From Haliotis rufescens (Eukaryota): a stretch of DNA of 64,000 bases. Positions 24,452-36,072 of this stretch are shown in pieces; position 1 is the stretch's first letter; each line of letters begins with the position of its first letter. Location of the stretch: positions 3,472,001 to 3,536,000 of the forward strand of contig NW_025963802.1 of assembly GCF_023055435.1 (NCBI RefSeq), read 5' to 3'. Made by a program: the position numbers and the translations under genes. Below the pieces are notes generated by a model. It had not been told where the DNA came from. It searched no databases and saw only the letters and a program-made list of their open reading frames with translations.

Positions 24452-25007
24452 AGTGGCCCAGTCGTCTTAGGCGCCGGAATTCGTTGTGCAGAGTTGCGTC
24501 CCTTGGGCACGCCAGAAACCTATGTTTGTGGGTTCGAATCCAGGTTCACCCCGATTATGTTTCTAGGTTTGTCAGCACCATACCTGTGGTAAACGTCGCA
24601 GACCTGCATCACTCCGGGCTTTCATCCCACATTAAGCTGACACGCCTTGATACGTGGAATACTGTTAAAAGCGGCGTTAAACCCAACTCACTCACGCTCA
24701 CTTAATCTACAGGGGCACTTACTACAGGGGGCACGTGTGGCCCAGTCGTCTAAAGGCGCCTCGATTCGCTGTGCATTTGCGTCCCTTGGTCACGCCAGGA
24801 ACCTATGATTATGGGTTTGAATCCAGGTTCGCCCCGATTATGTTTCTAGGTTTGTCAGCACCATACCCGTGCTCGTGGGTTTCACCGAAGTGGAAAACGT
24901 CTGAGACCTGCATCACTTCGGGCTTTCCTCCCACATTATGCTGACACGCAGCGATATAACTGGAATACTGTTAAAAGCGGCGTTAAACCCAACTCACTCA
25001 CTCACTC
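24452..25007 (+). mobile_element. Two head-to-tail SINE family A copies (24452-24702, 24727-25007)
   Basis: Each has GTGGCCCAGTCGTCT..GGCGCC, a B box and the tail GGAATACTGTTAAAAGCGGCGTTAAACCCAACTCACTCAC. A degenerate family B copy lies at about 24345-24445 on the minus strand. Confidence 0.9.
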
Positions 25008-25639
25008 CATGTACTACAATCGTGCATTTAGTTGTTAGAGTGGTGGGAAATGGGAGGAGGAATTCGGCCTCCCTACCCATATCTGTTTTATTTAAGTGAC
25101 GAGAAACATAAAATTAATTTCATGTGGCCAAACTGGATTCATATTTTGTTACCCGATAATAATACAGTCCCATTCTGCCATGAACTCTATAATTCACCTG
25201 GACTAACAAGTACTATGGACGGTCTTTATTGATTATTTCCAATATGTCTATTGATGCATGATTTACATGTTGAGGTTATTATACCTGTGCTATTGTTGCG
25301 GTCTCACTCAAAACACCATTAGTTTGCCTATGGAAATCCATTAGCCCAGAATTTACTCGACTGACTTCGCTGATGTTTCAATAACATGACGCAGTGATTC
25401 ACCACTCCCTACTGTATTAACCATATCTCGTTTATCTATTTGAGGGAGGTAACGTTTTGGAGACGTATGGAGACAACTACAAATCTATTTGAGATTGATG
25501 GACAATAGATCCTCGTTCTGGCCGACTCGACTGTGATGGGGATCACGTGGTTACATTGTGTGAGTTAACTGAGGGTCAGCGACATGTTTGGCTTTGTGAG
25601 GGCAAAGGTTACGGCTGGACTTGCTCTAAATAAATGCGA

Positions 25640-25905
25640 AAAAACACTTTCCATAGTCGTAAAAAACCCTGTACGATTCCGACTATATCAAGACCATGTG
25701 GTTATGAATCACTATCAAATAGTGATGATACCAGGTGTTCGCGAAAAGGTGAGCACCCGTCACCCGTCACAAACACATGCGATGACAAGTCAATTGTTCA
25801 CCTGAAAAAACACGGAAACATGTGGTACAAGTCAAAATAGGGAGTTACATCGGACAGCATGCTAAACACATGGTCATGATATAGCCGGAATCGTACAATC
25901 GACTC
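25640..25905 (-). mobile_element. Penelope-like element 3' fragment with a terminal inversion
   Basis: Homologous to 44040-44305 (GATACCAGGTGTTCGCGAAAAGGTGAGC...CACCCGTCACAAACACATGC). 30-bp inverted repeat at 25671-25700 / 25867-25896. Confidence 0.7.
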
Positions 25906-26309
25906 TGCTGGTGTTGTCGCTTGTATTTATTAAACGTAAACTTAAACTGGCCTCGGCTAGAAGTTTACGCACACACGGTGCTTTATTGGTGTAGAAGCCA
26001 GAGCCAAAATTTCAGTTTTCCCGGAACCCAACCCCCCCAACCCTCACACACACAAACCCCGACCCCTCCAAACACACACACACGCGCGCACGCACGCACG
26101 CACGCACGCATGCACTGCTGAAATAGTGCTGACTGTGACGTAAAACAAAATTCAGTCACTCACTCACTCAAGATCCGACGGAGAGTATGACAAAACCCTA
26201 TTCATGTTGAACGAACTGTCCCTGCAATACTTTATGTAAGCAACGCTTGTCCCAAATTTTAGAACACAATCAACCAAATTTGACACAGATAAAACTAAAA
26301 GTAACTTAC

Positions 26310-26748
26310 ACATAACTTCTCCAAGCATCCATCGGTCCTTGCCGTAGAACTCCAACATGGCGGACGGCTGACACACGAGGAGCACGAGCAGATCCGCCAC
26401 ACTTAGACTCATCAGGAAGTAGTTCATCCGGGTCCTCATGGACTTGAGCCTCACTATGACCTGTATAACCAGGGTGTTCCCTATAATTCCCGTGAGAAAC
26501 ACGACGGTGTTGATTATTGTGAAATACAGGATGAGATACAGAGGCATTTCCATCTTCATGGATTCCAGGTCGGATCCCGATGGAGTAATGTTGTTAAAAA
26601 CACTCAGGTTGCCGTCTATGATGTTGTACAGAGAAGAAGACGTCGTCATGTTGAGACAGCAATCCGTTTTGTCCACAATGCTGATAACACGGGTTATGTC
26701 CCCTTCCTGACCCCCAACACCCTCGATGCGCATGTCCGACGAGGTCAT
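26310..26748 (-). CDS. Exon 1 of a class A neuropeptide GPCR (ETH receptor-like; TRHR/GHSR/NMUR group): N-terminus, TM1, TM2, ECL1
   Basis: Translation ...YFTIINTVVFLTGIIGNTLVIQVIVRLKSMRTRMNYFLMSLSVADLLVLLVCQPSAMLEFYGKDRWMLGEVM-C shows the TM1 GN, TM2 LxxAD and WxxG..C motifs, with N-glycosylation sequons (NMT, NLS, NIT) upstream. Donor T|GTAAGT at 26310/26309. The start is uncertain: ATG at 26748 or 26649. Confidence 0.9.
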
Positions 26749-27782
26749 TTTAAAAAGGCGTTTAGGCAAAGCACACTTCAATGAGGTTACAAGTATATCT
26801 CTACTCCCATCTGTCCGAAAACTGAAAGAAGAAGAATAGTGAACATCAGTACGGTAAATCCAATAAATATCGACTAAAAAAAGAAAAGTGAAAGTACAAA
26901 AATGCCACATACCACGAGAATCACTCAATCCATAAGAAGGGCGCACGTCATTAAACTCCGCAGGGATAGAGAGCTTCCTATCTTGACTGTAGCTGACTCC
27001 TCCTGCACCAGACGTCACATGAGTTTGATTTAGCAGCCTTGGAATTGGACAGGGATCCTGGGAGCGCTTGGTCCTATAAACAGGATATATATTCATTAAC
27101 TGTTGGTGTCGTAGTCACAGATGATAGTCCGCGGTCGCTGGGGACTACGGAAGTAGGGCAACTCTACACAGCTGTGATAGACTGTTCATTATTCTTCATG
27201 TATACGATAGTACAGCACAGCGTTAGTAATGTTGATGTCGTGTAAATTAAACATGCTAATTATTCCGAACATTTATGCATGGAATTATAGCCAGTGTGGA
27301 TATGCAAATTAAACACAATGACCATAATGAAACAAAGTGAAAATGTTAAACTAAGCATCGTCTCGATGGTTGGAGATGTTTTATGATTCTCCTGTCAGCT
27401 GTAAATATTCCACAAGCTATACCTGTATCATATACGTCCCGTAATGGAGACATATAACGCCTGGGATGGCGTTCATGTACATTAACCATGTGTGATCAAG
27501 GTAAACGCGGCCATGTGTCGGATTTAAGAACGAATACGACAGGCGTGGAGAAATAAAGGCGATCTTGTAACGAAAACAGAATCGGGAATGACGTTAAATG
27601 TTCTGAACGATTCCCATTACTGACATTAAGTTGATTCAGTTGAGCATTCGTTAAACACGATCTATCACTTTTGATATCAAGGTTCGAGCCACAGCTATAC
27701 ACTGGAGTATTGCATTTAAAGAACCTCAGAACGTCATGGGATGTGTCACTGCCTCGTGTTTCAGAAACATTAAACTATTGAG

Positions 27783-28035
27783 AGAGTCAGTTGGGTTTAA
27801 CGCCGCTTTGAACAGTATTCCAGTTATATCACGGGCTGTAATCTTGATTTGGGAGGAACGCCCGAAGTGATGCAGGTCTCGGACGTTTACCACTTTGTGG
27901 TAGCCCACAGCAAAGTGCTGACAAAATTAGAAACCTTATCGGGGTGGATCGGGATATATACGCGATCCGAACCCACAATCATAAATTTCTGGCATGCCAA
28001 AGGCGAATGGCGGCGCCTTGAACAGCTAGGCCACC
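27783..28035 (-). mobile_element. Degenerate SINE family A
   Basis: GTTGGGTTTAACGCCGCTTTGAACAGTATTCCAG...CCCGAAGTGATGCAGGTCTC. Confidence 0.75.
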
Positions 28036-28734
28036 CTAACCCCCTCTTTTTATGAATTGTCAGTTAGTTAAAACAGTAACATCGATTCCGACAAATACTT
28101 AATTTGTTGTGGCCTAATTTCTCTCTGGTCTATGGTTATTTCGATCTAACGTGTTCCAAACGTTGATGTACAATAAACTGTTCAAAATGATTTTGGATTT
28201 AGGCAGTGGTATGTTCAATTGATTTTAACACGACAAAATAACTGAACGCTATATTTTACAATTCAAATTTTACCTGATCATTAATCATTGATTAAAAAAC
28301 AACACTGTTTCTGTAAGATGTATGGAGTGGAGTGTCTTTGTACACGGTCTGATTGTGAAGGCCATCTGTTAGCGTATGTTTACAGTTCTCCCCGACAACA
28401 TGAAACTTTACTCTTTCTGTACTCTTTGAAATTAAAAATCAACATTCAGGGTGCACGAGATGTGAGTACTTAATAGTTCATCTATTATCCTGGAACGTCT
28501 TCTTGCTGTATGGAGCTTTAACCATATGCATGTGTTGTGTCGAGCTGTCGCCACAGGCCTCCTTATGCGAATACCTTTATGTGAAAAGATATTGGCGAGT
28601 TGTCGGAAGCATTCGATGCCAGGAAATGTACTTTTAACCAGCGATGCGTCTCTGAAAAGACCTTAATCGACAGCGCAAATAAATTTATAAATGCTATCGG
28701 CACATTTCCGCAGCACTCACCTAAAGAGGCGCGA

Positions 28735-28986
28735 GACAGATCCGGGATAGAATAGGTCGTCAGCAACCTATTCTTGCTGTAAAAGGCGACTATGCTTGTC
28801 GTAAGGGGCGACTAACGGGATCGGGTGGTCAGGCTCGCTGACTTGGTTGATGCAGGTCATCGTATGTGGATCGATGCTCATGATGTAAATCACTGGATTG
28901 TGTGGTCCAGACTGGATTATTTACAGACCGCGTCATATAGCTGGAATATTCCTGAGTGCGGCGTTAAACAACAAACAAACAAACAA
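28735..28986 (+). mobile_element. SINE-like family C
   Basis: GCTTGTCGTAAGGGGCGACTAACGGGATCGGGTGGTCAGGCTCGCTGAC...GCTGGAATATTCCTGAGTGCGGCGTTAAAC(AAAC)n. Confidence 0.85.
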
Positions 28987-29064
28987 AAGTTGTGAGACAG
29001 ACATTATGACACTCTGAAATTATACAACGTAATAAAACAAAGGATTTCATATGCTTCCATGACA

Positions 29065-29290
29065 ACCGGCCAGTCTCTGTGGTCGAGTGGAAGGAGCATC
29101 TTCCGGAGTTCGGAAGGCCGGGAAAAAAACTTTAAAACTTGTAACCCTGCTTGTCGTTCAGGTTTAAGATGATGGCCGGCTCGGAGTCAGTATACTCTGT
29201 TCGAGAAGGCAATTCATGTTAAAACTTCGGCATGGGAGATCAGTTGGCCACCGTTATGAAGCCGGCACTAGTCCGGACAAGTGCAAGCAG
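29065..29290 (+). mobile_element. Degenerate SINE family D
   Basis: TGTGGTCGAGTGG head; GGCTCGGAGTCAGTATACTCTG and AGTCCGGACAAGTGCAAGC match 10340-10448. Confidence 0.55.
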
Positions 29291-30551
29291 ATATTGCTGT
29301 GTACACGAGACGAAGACAAGGCACCCGCTGCACGTGACTTGACCGTAGTATTGGGACTGAACAAGACATCTTGTACACGTGACATAGCCGTGATGCTTAC
29401 ATTAAGAGGCGGATAAGAATTAAGCCAGATTGAGGAACAAGTTCTTGGGAAACAACATTTTGAACTGACTAAGTTTGAATTATCCTGATAAAAATCCACG
29501 TATCAAATTTCAAAGATTTGTTCGCTATTTTCAACCACGCGATCGATCTTCCGTTTTTGTAGAATGTAGCCCGCACTCATATACTTCTTTGGAAGTTAGC
29601 TGTGCCTCAGTTGTTGAGATGACATCCATTACTAACCACGGAGATGCTAGAGACACGGGTGTGATGTAGGGCCCATTACTGCTGATTAGATGCAATTATC
29701 TGTAGTTGCAGAAAGGAAACATTCCTGAATGGTCAGGTGACACTGACGTGTGTCAGTGTTGAGAGCGCCCCCTGGGGAGAGAAGCAGGTCGAGTAATCCT
29801 TTTGAAGGGCTTCCGGTACGGCAGTAATGCTACAGCACAAATATAGCAAGGTAGATGAGCATATCCTTTTCAGATGAAACATTTTTAGATTTAAGTTTTG
29901 TCTCTGCCATGAAATTCGTTTATCATCAAAGTGTATTGGCTTAATTTGTATCTAAATTCATACCTTAGTTTAGGAAAGTGTTTGAAGCTGATCTTTTAGA
30001 TAAGTCAAGTCGTATATGCTCGTATATGCATGTAGATGCTGGGAAAGGCTATCAAATGACTAAATCATTGGCTTAGTTTGCGGGCTGCCGGGCAATTGGT
30101 ACAGATTTGTATCTCCCTGCGAATGCATGGCTTGGTTGATCTAATCCGGAGTTGTAGCGTTCTCCGAGGCTAGGCAAACCCACATGGGATCTCTGTTCAC
30201 AAACAAAGTACCATATTTCGATTTTATCCGCCATGTGGTATTGAACCTTTCAGAACTTGATTTCATCTGTTAGTACATCACACTTGTCCTTGATCGGCCT
30301 CCATATGCATGAGGCGTAAGGCGATGGGCAGGTCAAAGGAACAAAGACCAACAACGCTAAGCTGAGCAATTATTGGTGGTGTGTTGTATGAGTGAGTGGG
30401 TGATTGTGTTTGGGGATATGGTGCTCGGGGGATGGCACTGGTGACTGACACAGGCCGATGGTGGCTGCACAATATCTTGCTTACAAATTCATCGCGGCCT
30501 TGAGGTGGACATGCTTTGTCAACACCTTCCATGCTCGAATCATTGCTCCTT

Positions 30552-31231
30552 CATGGAGGTGAAGCTGGATACACAACCCTGCTGATTGGCTCGCTGACAA
30601 GATCGTGTGCTCGGAGAGTGGAACGTCGGTGGTCCGTCATGGAGGTGAAGCTGGATACACAACTCTACTGATTGGCTCGCTGACAAGATCGTGTGCTCGG
30701 AGAGTGGAACGTCGGTGGTCCGTCATGGAGGTGAAGCTGGATACACAACTCTGCTGATTGGCTCGCTGACAAGATCGTGTGCTGGGAGAGTGGAACGTCG
30801 GTGGTCCGTCATGGAGGTGAAGCTGGATACACAACTCTGCTGATTGGCTCGCTGACAAGATCGTGTGCTGGGAGAGTGGAACGTTTGTGGTCCGTCATGG
30901 AGGTGAAGCTGGACACACAACTCTGCTGATTGGCTCGCTGACAAGATCGTGTGCTGGGAGAGTGGAACGTCGGTGGTCCGTCATGGAGGTGAAGCTGGAC
31001 ACACAACTCTGCTGATTGGCTCGCTGACAAGATCGTGTGCTGGGAGAGTGGAACGTCGGTGGTCCGTCATGGAGGTGAAGCTGGACACACAACTCTGCTG
31101 ATTGGCTCGCTGACAAGATCGTGTGCTGGGAGAGTGGAACGTCGGTGGTCCGTCATGGAGGTGAAGCTGGACACACAACTCTGCTGATTGGCTCGCCGAC
31201 AAGATCGTGTGCTGGGAGAGTGGAACGTCGG
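30552..31231. repeat. 86-bp tandem repeat, about 8 copies
   Basis: Unit starts CATGGAGGTGAAGCTGG at 30552, 30638, 30724 and so on to 31154. Confidence 0.97.
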
Positions 31232-31236
31232 TAGAC

Positions 31237-31618
31237 TGCCATACCAAAAGACATTAAAAGGTGGTGCTTGTTTTCACCCTGCCTGGCGCTCGGCATTAAG
31301 GGGCTAAAATAAGGACTGATCAGCGGAATACCACGTTTGAAGTATAAAACCGCCATNNNNNNNNNNNNNNNNNNNNNNNNNNNNNNNNNNNNNNNNNNNN
31401 NNNNNNNNNNNNNNNNNNNNNNNNNNNNNNNNNNNNNNNNNNNNNNNNNNNNNNNNNNNNNNNNNNNNNNNNNNNNNNNNNNNNNNNNNNNNNNNNNNNN
31501 NNNNNNNNNNNNNNNNNNNNNNNNNNNNNNTAACACTAACACACTAACACAAACTAACACATATGCGTGCGCAGTATGTTAGTGCAATGATCTTAAACAC
31601 GACTTTAAACCCAATTTT
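31237..31618 (+). mobile_element. Headless SINE family D spanning an N-gap
   Basis: CATACCAAAAGACATTAAAAGGTGGTGCTTG..CCCTGCCTGGCGCTCGGCATTAAGGGGCT. Tail GTGCAATGATCTTAAACACGACTTTAAACCC. Confidence 0.7.
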
Positions 31619-32103
31619 GTCTCGCTGACCACATGACAATGCTGGTGGTAAAGCTGACTACGTGACAGTGCTGGAGGTATAGCCGTCCACGTGACTCTGA
31701 ACAAGATAACCACATGAGCACCATGTAGCCGGTCCCATGACTATGATGATTGAATAGCCAATCATAGACGCGTCATCGTGGTATAACTGATCACAGGAAC
31801 GATATGGAGGTATAGCTTGTTTCTGCTATTTAATATGAGTGAGTACAAAGTGACATTTTCGTATAAATTCAGCTGTATTCCATGACTGACATATATCAAA
31901 GACCAACTCCCAAGATAGCTAGATTCCATTAGATGCAAGTATAAAGTATCGGCTGTCGTCTCAAGGACTCTACTCATCTCCACCAGTTTATCATAGTATG
32001 ATCAAGGTCGACTTTAACTCGGCTATTCTAACGTAATCCTGTCTGTTGTGCCTTGACAAATGTACCTATATCTGAGCCGGTACCTCCCACCTAGATGTTC
32101 TCT

Positions 32104-32388
32104 AGACCCTCGAAGATCCGGATAGGGAATTGGTCTTTAGCAACCAAGTCTTGCTGTAAAAGGCGGCTATGCTTGTCGTAAGAGGCGACTAACGGGATCG
32201 GGTGGTCAGGCTCGCTGACTTGGTTGATGCATGTCATCGTATCCCAATTGCGTGGCTCGATGCTCATGATGTGAATCACTGGATTGTCTGGTCCAGACTC
32301 GATTATTTACAGACCGCCGTCATATAGCTGAAATATTGCTGAGTGTGGCGTTAACAAAAAAACACCCCAAAACAAACAAACAAACAAA
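32104..32388 (+). mobile_element. SINE-like family C, near full length
   Basis: GACCCTCGAAGATCCGG...GCTTGTCGTAAGAGGCGACTAACGGG...GCTGAAATATTGCTGAGTGTGGCGTTAAC...(AAAC)n. Confidence 0.88.
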
Positions 32389-33092
32389 CGTTCTGCAGGA
32401 GTCGCCGATACATGAAATACACAGCAATACCCCAGCTCCAGGTTCGTAGTGCTCTCAACAACGAAGCTTTCATATCTCCAGCGGGTGTATTCTTCCATAA
32501 CGCCAGTATGATCTTTACAAAGTCGGTGACCAGGAAATATATCTATGTTAATCCTGCGCGTCATGGAATACCAAAATAACAAGCAAGCTGATTCCATGGA
32601 CTTTCAGCCTCAACTACCATCGCGGAACATCTCGTTAAGACGGTACCATTATTCGACAGAAGCCACAGGGCTTACTGCAGGCAATCTCTTCCGACCTAGT
32701 ACCGATGACTCTGGAAGTAGTCTGGGGTCAGTGTATACATTGACCACCTCAAACACGACACATTATGTAGGACCTTGTTCTAGAGAGGACCTGTCGTCCT
32801 TGAAGAAGCCTTATCTAAACATAACGGCCAATTCCATCTGTTGACGAGGAGGGTAACAGTGTATTGATAGTCATGCTAAGCGATTTCTCATTAAGCCAAA
32901 CATGTTTAAGAACTCGGACAAGAGGTTTCTGTCTAATCAGGTGGACGTGCGATGCAGAGAATCTCATCGTGTGTCTTTTGATTTCAAATTTTATCAAAAC
33001 CGGTCGACAGAGGTTCGAACTCCAAGACTCTACGATAACAAGTTGCAAGGAATCATCTTATCTACATTCTATACAAATGATTCCACCCTGAG

Positions 33093-33347
33093 TAGGCGGG
33101 GTGGGGGGCAGTCGTCTAAGGCGCCGCGTTCCGCTGTGCTGAGTATGATTGTGGGTTCGAATCCCGGTTCGACCCGATTATGTTTCTAGATTTGTAAGCA
33201 CCATACCCGTGCTTGTGGGTTTCACCGAAGTGGTAAACATCTGAAACCTGCATCACTTCGGGCTTTCCTCCCACATTAAGCTCCCACGGCGCGATATAAC
33301 TGGAATACTGTTAAAAGCTGCGTTTAACCCAACTCACTCACTCACTC
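33093..33347 (+). mobile_element. SINE family A with an internal deletion in the head
   Basis: GTCGTCTAAGGCGCCGCG...GGTTCGAATCCCGG; lacks the GCGTCCCTT.GGCACGC arm. Confidence 0.85.
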
Positions 33348-34089
33348 CAGTTTGAGGGACACTCTTTCGTTGTATTTTTAATGTCTCGGAGTGTCTGAAA
33401 TAGAATAGAACGACTAAATGAAGTGTTTTACAAGTTTCGATTACGTATATCGTTCTTGGGTGCAAAAAAAGACGTCAGTCGTTCGTTTCAAAGAGGCGTA
33501 ACTCGTAATTCTCGGTCCTTTTTTCCATCTGCGGTTTGTCTGAGATCTGGAAGCTAGCATTATACCGGCGGGAATTAGTTTGGATCGGCAATAGAATGCG
33601 ATCATAATTACGAAAATATAGCAACAGCGTCTCAAGTTCAAAGTTTTAACTTAATAATCTACACTCATGTATGTAAATGTACATGAGAAGGGAAGGAGTT
33701 CGTGCACTTTGAAAGCCTGGAATGATACGATCAATCTTTTCCGGAATTGTACCATTCCAAGCTTCACTATACACCATGCTGACTTCAGCAAGGCTCCTTA
33801 ATACTGACGAAAACAGAACCGTCCTCATTTACGATGATCGAACTTGACCACCAGAGTCCATAATTTACATACAAAGTTCTATTTTTTCCTTGGCTGGGGA
33901 GGCTGAACATTAGTTTGTCAAGGTGATGATCGATCCCGGTATCTAGCACTATGTTTATCGGGGTATATGTAAATGAGTATCTTTACTATAATATGAATAC
34001 AGTCAGTATTAGGGGTGTAACCATTGATGATAGATGGCAATGGTTAAATAGACCCCAAATCCACCCCAGTTGGAATCTTTCTTTGTCCT

Positions 34090-34271
34090 TTGTTTGTTGT
34101 TTAACGCCGCATTCAGCAATACTCCAGCTGTATGACGGCGGTCTGTAAATTATTCAGTCTAGACCAGACAATCCAGTGATTGACATCATGAGCATCGATC
34201 CACGGAATTGGGATATGATGACCTGCATCAACCAAGTCAGTGAACCTGACCACCCGATCCCGTTAGTCGCC
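34090..34271 (-). mobile_element. SINE-like family C, 3' part
   Basis: Reverse complement of 32185-32355. Confidence 0.8.
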
Positions 34272-35036
34272 AGTTGGAATCTTGTTTTGTGGGCTTGCAT
34301 TTTGAGATACTTGAAAAAATCACCGTGATAAATCATTCACATATCATATGCATACGTACATGCTATTTAAAAAGTCAGACTTATCCGAAGTTGTCCCTCT
34401 TTATAAAACAATGAATAAATGAATGAAATTTACCATTGCCTCAGGTCTTATAACTAAGCTTTAAAGTTTCTTTGTTGTCATGAAACACAGAGGGCTACAA
34501 TATACTCTTCTCGGCCTTATTCTATTATTTCCAGCCCAGATAAAAATCCAGCTTGTGTTCAATATGAGTGACAACCGCGATCATTTAGCAGAGTCGGTTG
34601 TAAGCTTATGTTGATTGTTAGCTTAGCATAGCATAAACTGTTTCCAGTATGTGGGGGAATGGATGGCCCAGGCGTCGAAGGCGGCGCAATTCGCTGTGCA
34701 GAATTCCTTCCCTTCGGCGTACAAGGATCTGAAGATCGTTGGTTCGAATAAAATATTCACCTTCATTATGATGCATGGTTTTTCAACCTCAAGACCTTTA
34801 TTACTTTGGTACAGCGGGCGTCTTAAAACTGAAAAAAGGTGTTCAAAACGGTGTTAAAGCCACAACACGCACTTTGCCGCATCGGGCGACATGTTTGGTT
34901 GAGGACGCTGTGAAGTGAGCTTTCATTAATCTCATGATAGTCTGTGCTGTATGGTGGTACTGAATGTAAATATACTATAAATGACATCTGGATATTCTAC
35001 ATGCAACCCTATATTACATATAAGTGGATAAAATAT

Positions 35037-35203
35037 TGCATTAGATAAGTTGATTGAAGATGATCTGTTAATCCGTATAGTATGTGGCTGTTATTGATTG
35101 CCTTGTCCTTATCTATGATTCATGCATTAGATAAGTTGATTAAAGATGATCTGTTAATCCGTATAGTATCTGGATGTTATTGATTGCCTTGTGCTTATCT
35201 ATA
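35037..35203. repeat. Two-copy tandem duplication, period 86 bp
   Basis: TGCATTAGATAAGTTGATT.AAGATGATCTGTTAATCCGTATAGTAT at 35037 and 35123. Confidence 0.85.
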
Positions 35204-35317
35204 TCAAACAGAACCCGCCAACGTAAATACATCTGTATTTGAGGATTACTGCCATTCTGGTGCAGACAGGGCGATTACTATAAACGTCTTGTTCTTTAGA
35301 ATATTATTCTTAAATGT

Positions 35318-35672
35318 AACAAGCATGAAATACTCATATCCCCCGCCAATATGACATGTCCCGTTGTGTGCAAGGCAAGAGATATTGTACGGTTTTCAAG
35401 ATCTGCTCGGGAAACGAGCACTGCCGCCATTTTCAGTCTAAGTCGTTGCTGTGGAAACACGAAAAATATTTTTTTCAAAACTCCCAAACTATCCAAAGGC
35501 GCCAGTTTACCACTAGATCTATCTATGCGCCAAGTTTGGTTAATATATCTCTCATGGTTTTTGAGTTCTGCTCCGGAAACGAAACGTGAAGAACCGACGG
35601 ACAGAAGGAAGGACGGACGGACGGACAACACCCATTCCTATATCCCCCTTCCACTTGGTGGCTGGGATAATT
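35318..35672. mobile_element. Helentron-associated non-autonomous element (HINE/DINE-1-like)
   Basis: AACAAG start; ATATCCCCC near both ends; a CCAAGTTTGGT..TTTTGAGTT block; (GGAC)n microsatellite; terminal hairpin ATCCC..CCAC-TTG-GTGG..GGGAT; no TSD. Confidence 0.7.
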
Positions 35673-35746
35673 AATACACCTCTTGCCGTGTCAGTGTAAC
35701 GAGGACCTTGAAAGGTTTAATTCTTAAGTACATGCAAAAGCATGCT

Positions 35747-36032
35747 GGTGAGTGAGTGAGTGAGTTGGGTTTAACGCCGCTTTTAACAGTATTCCAGTCA
35801 TATCACGGCGTGTCAGCTCAATGTGGGAGGAAAGCCCGAAGTGATGCAGGTCTCAGACGTTTACCACTTCGGTGAAACCCACGAGCACGGGTATTGTGCT
35901 GACAAACCTAGAAACATAATCGGGGCGAACCGGGATTCGAACCCACAATCATAGGTTTCTGGCGTGCCTAAGGGACGCAACTCTGCACAGCGAATCGCGG
36001 CGCCTTAGACGACTGGGCCACCCGTGCCCCCC
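35747..36032 (-). mobile_element. Young full-length SINE family A
   Basis: Complete head GGGGCACGGGTGGCCCAGTCGTCTAAGGCGCC...GGGTTCGAATCCCGGTTCGCCCC and tail. Confidence 0.92.
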
Positions 36033-36072
36033 ACTATGATGATAACAGACAGAGGATGATAATCGGTTAGAA

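Noticed and set aside
26749-27096. N-terminal extension of the 310-aa ORF and its read-through to 26164
   Set aside because: The upstream part has no GPCR-like character and is probably 5' UTR or promoter. The part after 26310 lies beyond a canonical donor and is intronic.
30552-31231. CTGACAA...GGAACGTC in the 86-bp unit as a retrozyme hammerhead
   Set aside because: GAAA is broken (GGAA), and neither stem I nor stem II can pair.
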